Assembly: GCF_033153115.1 (NCBI RefSeq)
Contig: NW_026889790.1
Coordinates: 4,650,001-4,714,000, forward strand
Reading direction: 5' to 3'
Source of the DNA: Saccostrea echinata
Taxonomy: Eukaryota
Length of the DNA stretch: 64,000 nt
Below the pieces are notes generated by a model. That model was not told the DNA's origin. It was given only the letters and a program-made list of their open reading frames with translations, and did not search any database. This document shows, in pieces, positions 60,849 through 64,000 of the stretch. The position numbers and the translations under genes were made by a program. Position 1 is the first letter of the stretch. Each line of letters begins with the position of its first letter.

Positions 60849-63800
60849 TCATGGCTTCTTTGACGGTTCCTGAAGGACAAATGGTGTCACGTTGCTGGGT
60901 TTATGTGTACTACAAATCAAAAAAAAGATTATGGCCAGCTAAAAAGAATATTCCTCATTCATAAATATCATAGATTGTATATTTAAAAAAATATCAGAAG
61001 ATAATCATCTTCTTCATTTTTACAAATGTATTTATACCTTATCCTAAAATTGAGTTTACACAGAATGTATGGATTTATACAATGTAGACAGAGGTACAAA
61101 GTGATTGTTAGACAGACAGACAGCTGGACTGATAGATAGACAGATAGATAGACAGACTTACTGATATGGAGAATGAGGTACTCCTACCAACATGACTGGT
61201 GTACCATTGAGGTAAAGTCGCCACATGCTCTGTTATACAAGTAAATAAGATTTTATTTGGACTGAAGTATTCTTGATATTTCTATTTACTCTAGGATACA
61301 ATATACATACATATTAAATATAGTAGATATAAATTATGTTCAATTTGAACATCTTCAAAATTTTAAGTCTAGAAAATGATATAATGGTATAAATTTCATA
61401 TTTTCATATGACCTTGATAAACATGCACATATGCACAAAATAAACACTGAATTAAAAAGAAGCGATATACAATATCATATATGACATATGTTAATAATGT
61501 TTCAAGACAGATTTGTTTTTAGTTTGGAATAAAACAATTAATATCTAGATCTAAAATCATTACAAAGTTTTTGTAAGAGACTGATCCTACCTTATGAAGC
61601 CCTCGAACATCAAGATCCCAAAGGTGGTAACACTAAAATAAAGACAGAATGAGCTAAATAAGTTGGCAATCAAGCTATTATAACAAATCCTCATGCAAAA
61701 ACCTTGACAAGCATTTATACCTTAGCTCTTTCATAATATAACACCACACCTTAGTGAGCTCTCATATAAAACCATACCTTAGTGAGCTGTCATAATATAA
61801 CACCATACCTTAGTGAGCTGTCATAATATAACACCATACCTTAGTGAGCTGTCATAATATAATACCATACCTTGGTGAGCTGTCATAATATAATACCATT
61901 CTTTGGTTGAGCTGTCATGATCACCATACTTTGGTTGAGCTGTCATGACATAACACCATTCTTTGGTGAGCTGACATAATATAACACCATACCTTAGTGA
62001 GCTGTCATAATATAACACCATACCTTTGTGAGCTGTCATAATATAACACCATACTTTGGTGAGCTGACATAATATAACACCATACTTTAGTGAGCTGTCA
62101 TATTATAACACCATACCTTGGTGAGCTGTCAAAATATAACACCATACCTTAGTGAGCTGTCATAATATAACACCATACCTTGGTGAGCTGTCATAATATA
62201 ACACCATACCTTAGTAAGCTGTCATGATATAACACCATACCTTGGTGAGCTGTCATAATATAACACCATACCTTAGTGAACTGTCATAATATAACACCAT
62301 ACCTTGGTGAGCTGTCATAATATAACACCATACCTTAGTGAACTGTCATAATATAACACCATACCTTGGTGAGCTGTCATAATATAACACCATACCTTAG
62401 TGAGCTGTGACAGTCATAATATAACACCATACCTTAGTGAGCTGTCATAATATATAGCACCATACCTTGGCAAGTTGTTTCCACGTAGTGAAGTCTGTGG
62501 GATGCTGCATCTGTATATATAACACATGGACGGTGTCCTAAATAAAACAAAAGTATATATAACACATGGACAGTGTCCTAGACAGAATGAAAAAAATCAA
62601 ATATGTAATTATTAGTCCCCTACCGGTGAAACCGGAGGGGACTATAGGTTTCCTCTGAGTCTGTCCGTCCGTCTGTCCGTCCGTCTGTCTGTCTGTCCGT
62701 CTGTCTGTCTGTCTGTCCCTCTGTCTGTCTGTCAGTCTGTCCCACTTGGTTTTCTGCACTTTTTTCCTAAACGCTTGCAGATATTGAGCTGATTTTTGGT
62801 ATGTGGGTGTATCTTAATGAGTTACAGATCAAGTTTGCATTTCGTTCTGCTTCATTGATTTTTGACGGAATTACGGCCTTTTCAATTTTTACGGGTTTTC
62901 CGCAATTTTCTTCTAAATGCTTGTAGATATTGAGCTGATTTTTGGTATGTGGCTTTACCTTGATTAGTTTTAGAACAAGTTTGCATTTCGTCCCGCTTCA
63001 TTAATATTTGACGGAATTATGGCATTTTCAATTCTTAACGGGAACCAGATTACACTTGCCGGTAGGGGACTAGTATTGCTAATGCAAAACTCTCAGAAGC
63101 TTGTTATACAAGAGGCACATGAGCCACAACGCTTGCCTTAGTAACTTTGGCCCTGCTGTTTTTCACCAGATTTTCCCTCCTGTAATACCTATTGTGACCC
63201 CACCCGACCCCTGGGGTCATGATTTGAACAATTTAAAATCTACACTACCCCAGGATGCTTCCACATAATTTTCAGCTTTTCTGGCCAAGTTGTTCTTGAG
63301 AAGAAGATTTTGAAATTTATTTTTAGTTTTCAGCTCAGGTGAGCTACTGTAATAAAGTCAGTAATTAATGAAATGTGTTCATTTTTCTCTCCTTTTTTAT
63401 ACATTTCAGAAATGAGGAGGTGACTTTTACATGCTTTTTAATTCTCAAAATGAGATTTGTATCTTGTGTTTACATGCTTTTTAATTCTTGAAATGAGATT
63501 TGTATCTCGTGTTTACATGCTGTTATTTCTGGAAATGAGATTTGTATCTCGTGTTCATATGCTTTTATTTCTAGAAATGAGATTTGTATCTCATGTTCAC
63601 ATGCTTTTATTTCTAGAAATGAGATTTGTATTTTGTTTTTACCTGATTTTTTGGAATGAGGCTACTATCACAAGGGTCTTTGGTGTGGTCTACCACTTTG
63701 GCTGTCTTCAGAATCTCATTAATCAACTCCTCATATTTCTCTGATGTCATCCTAATCAATATTCAAAAAGTGGTTATGTTCTCATAATAACACTAATTTG

Positions 63801-64000
63801 TAAGTGGTCAGTTGACAAACTTTAGCAGTGGTGCTTTTCACATAGCTTTGTTTACCTTTTTTTGACTTTGTTTACCTGTCTTTCTGTTTACATATCTTAG
63901 CTTTGTTTACCTGTCTTAGCTTTGTTTACCTGTCGTTGCTTTGTTTACCTGTCTAAATCTTTCAGAATGACATTGGACTCATTCAGAATGGAATGCTTCT
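60849..64000 (-). CDS. POMGNT1: Protein O-linked-mannose beta-1,2-N-acetylglucosaminyltransferase 1, 3' exons (partial)
   Basis: Exons 63949-64000 (partial), 63643-63751, 62466-62537, 61591-61632, 61162-61229 and 60849-60909 splice in consistent phase to ...KHSILNESNVILKDLDRMTSEKYEELINEILKTAKVVDHTKDPCDSSLIPKNQDTVHVLYIQMQHPTDFTTWKQLAKCYHLWDLDVRGLHKSMWRLYLNGTPVMLVGVPHSPYHTHKPSNVTPFVLQEPSKKP*. This matches the recalled POMGNT1 C-terminus (DFTTWxQLAKCxHxWDLDVRG..VGVPxSPY). Poly(A) signal candidate at ~59114-59119. Confidence 0.9.
61730..62470 (-). repeat. 31-bp intronic minisatellite (~24 copies), each unit containing AG|GTATGG
   Basis: CATAATATAACACCATACCTT(A/G)GTGAGCTGT units abut the donor of exon 62466-62537. 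Confidence 0.95.
62609..63345. mobile_element. Two adjacent HINE-type elements in a POMGNT1 intron
   Basis: TAGTCCCCTACCGG...CCGGTAGGGGACTAG subterminal inverted repeats, 5' palindrome, (GTCY)n microsatellite and two internal repeats (62609-63105). A short relative of the 166-bp element follows, ending CAGGTGAGCTA (63107-63345). Confidence 0.72.
63425..63642 (-). repeat. 42-bp intronic tandem repeat (5 copies) starting at a POMGNT1 splice donor
   Basis: CATGCTTTTATTTCTAGAAATGAGATTTGTATCTCGTGTT units; on the - strand the first unit starts at the real GT donor. Confidence 0.9.

Overview
AT-rich eukaryotic (animal) genomic DNA, most likely from an ostreid oyster or related bivalve (inferred from a 166-bp satellite inside a Helentron-type HINE, abundant Penelope-like elements and bivalve-type SINEs). 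It contains one 225-N assembly gap. Readable genes: a C2H2 zinc-finger gene with a 21-aa C-terminal repeat (-), a CABIT-domain gene (-), a two-exon cGAS-like/Mab21 receptor with an intact catalytic motif (-), and the last six coding exons of POMGNT1 (-). The main finding is invisible as whole ORFs: a tandem array of four paralogous three-exon genes (11.5-32.6 kb, +). They encode small secreted peptides: a signal-peptide exon plus two exon-encoded 6-Cys modules (C-x5-C-x3/5-C-x7-C-x4-C-x-C, CS-alpha-beta/defensin-like or cvSI/I84 protease-inhibitor-like). One copy is intact, one has a premature stop, one has a donor-site frameshift that may be rescued, and one is broken by the gap. The rest is TE-rich: a tRNA-in-LTR TRIM, two solo LTRs, a minimal hammerhead ribozyme, a 2A ribosome-skipping motif in a LINE, hairpin elements, Kolobok/Zator-like/Helitron non-autonomous elements, and many Penelope-like fragments sharing a structured 3' RNA motif. 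Several minisatellites originate exactly at splice donors.
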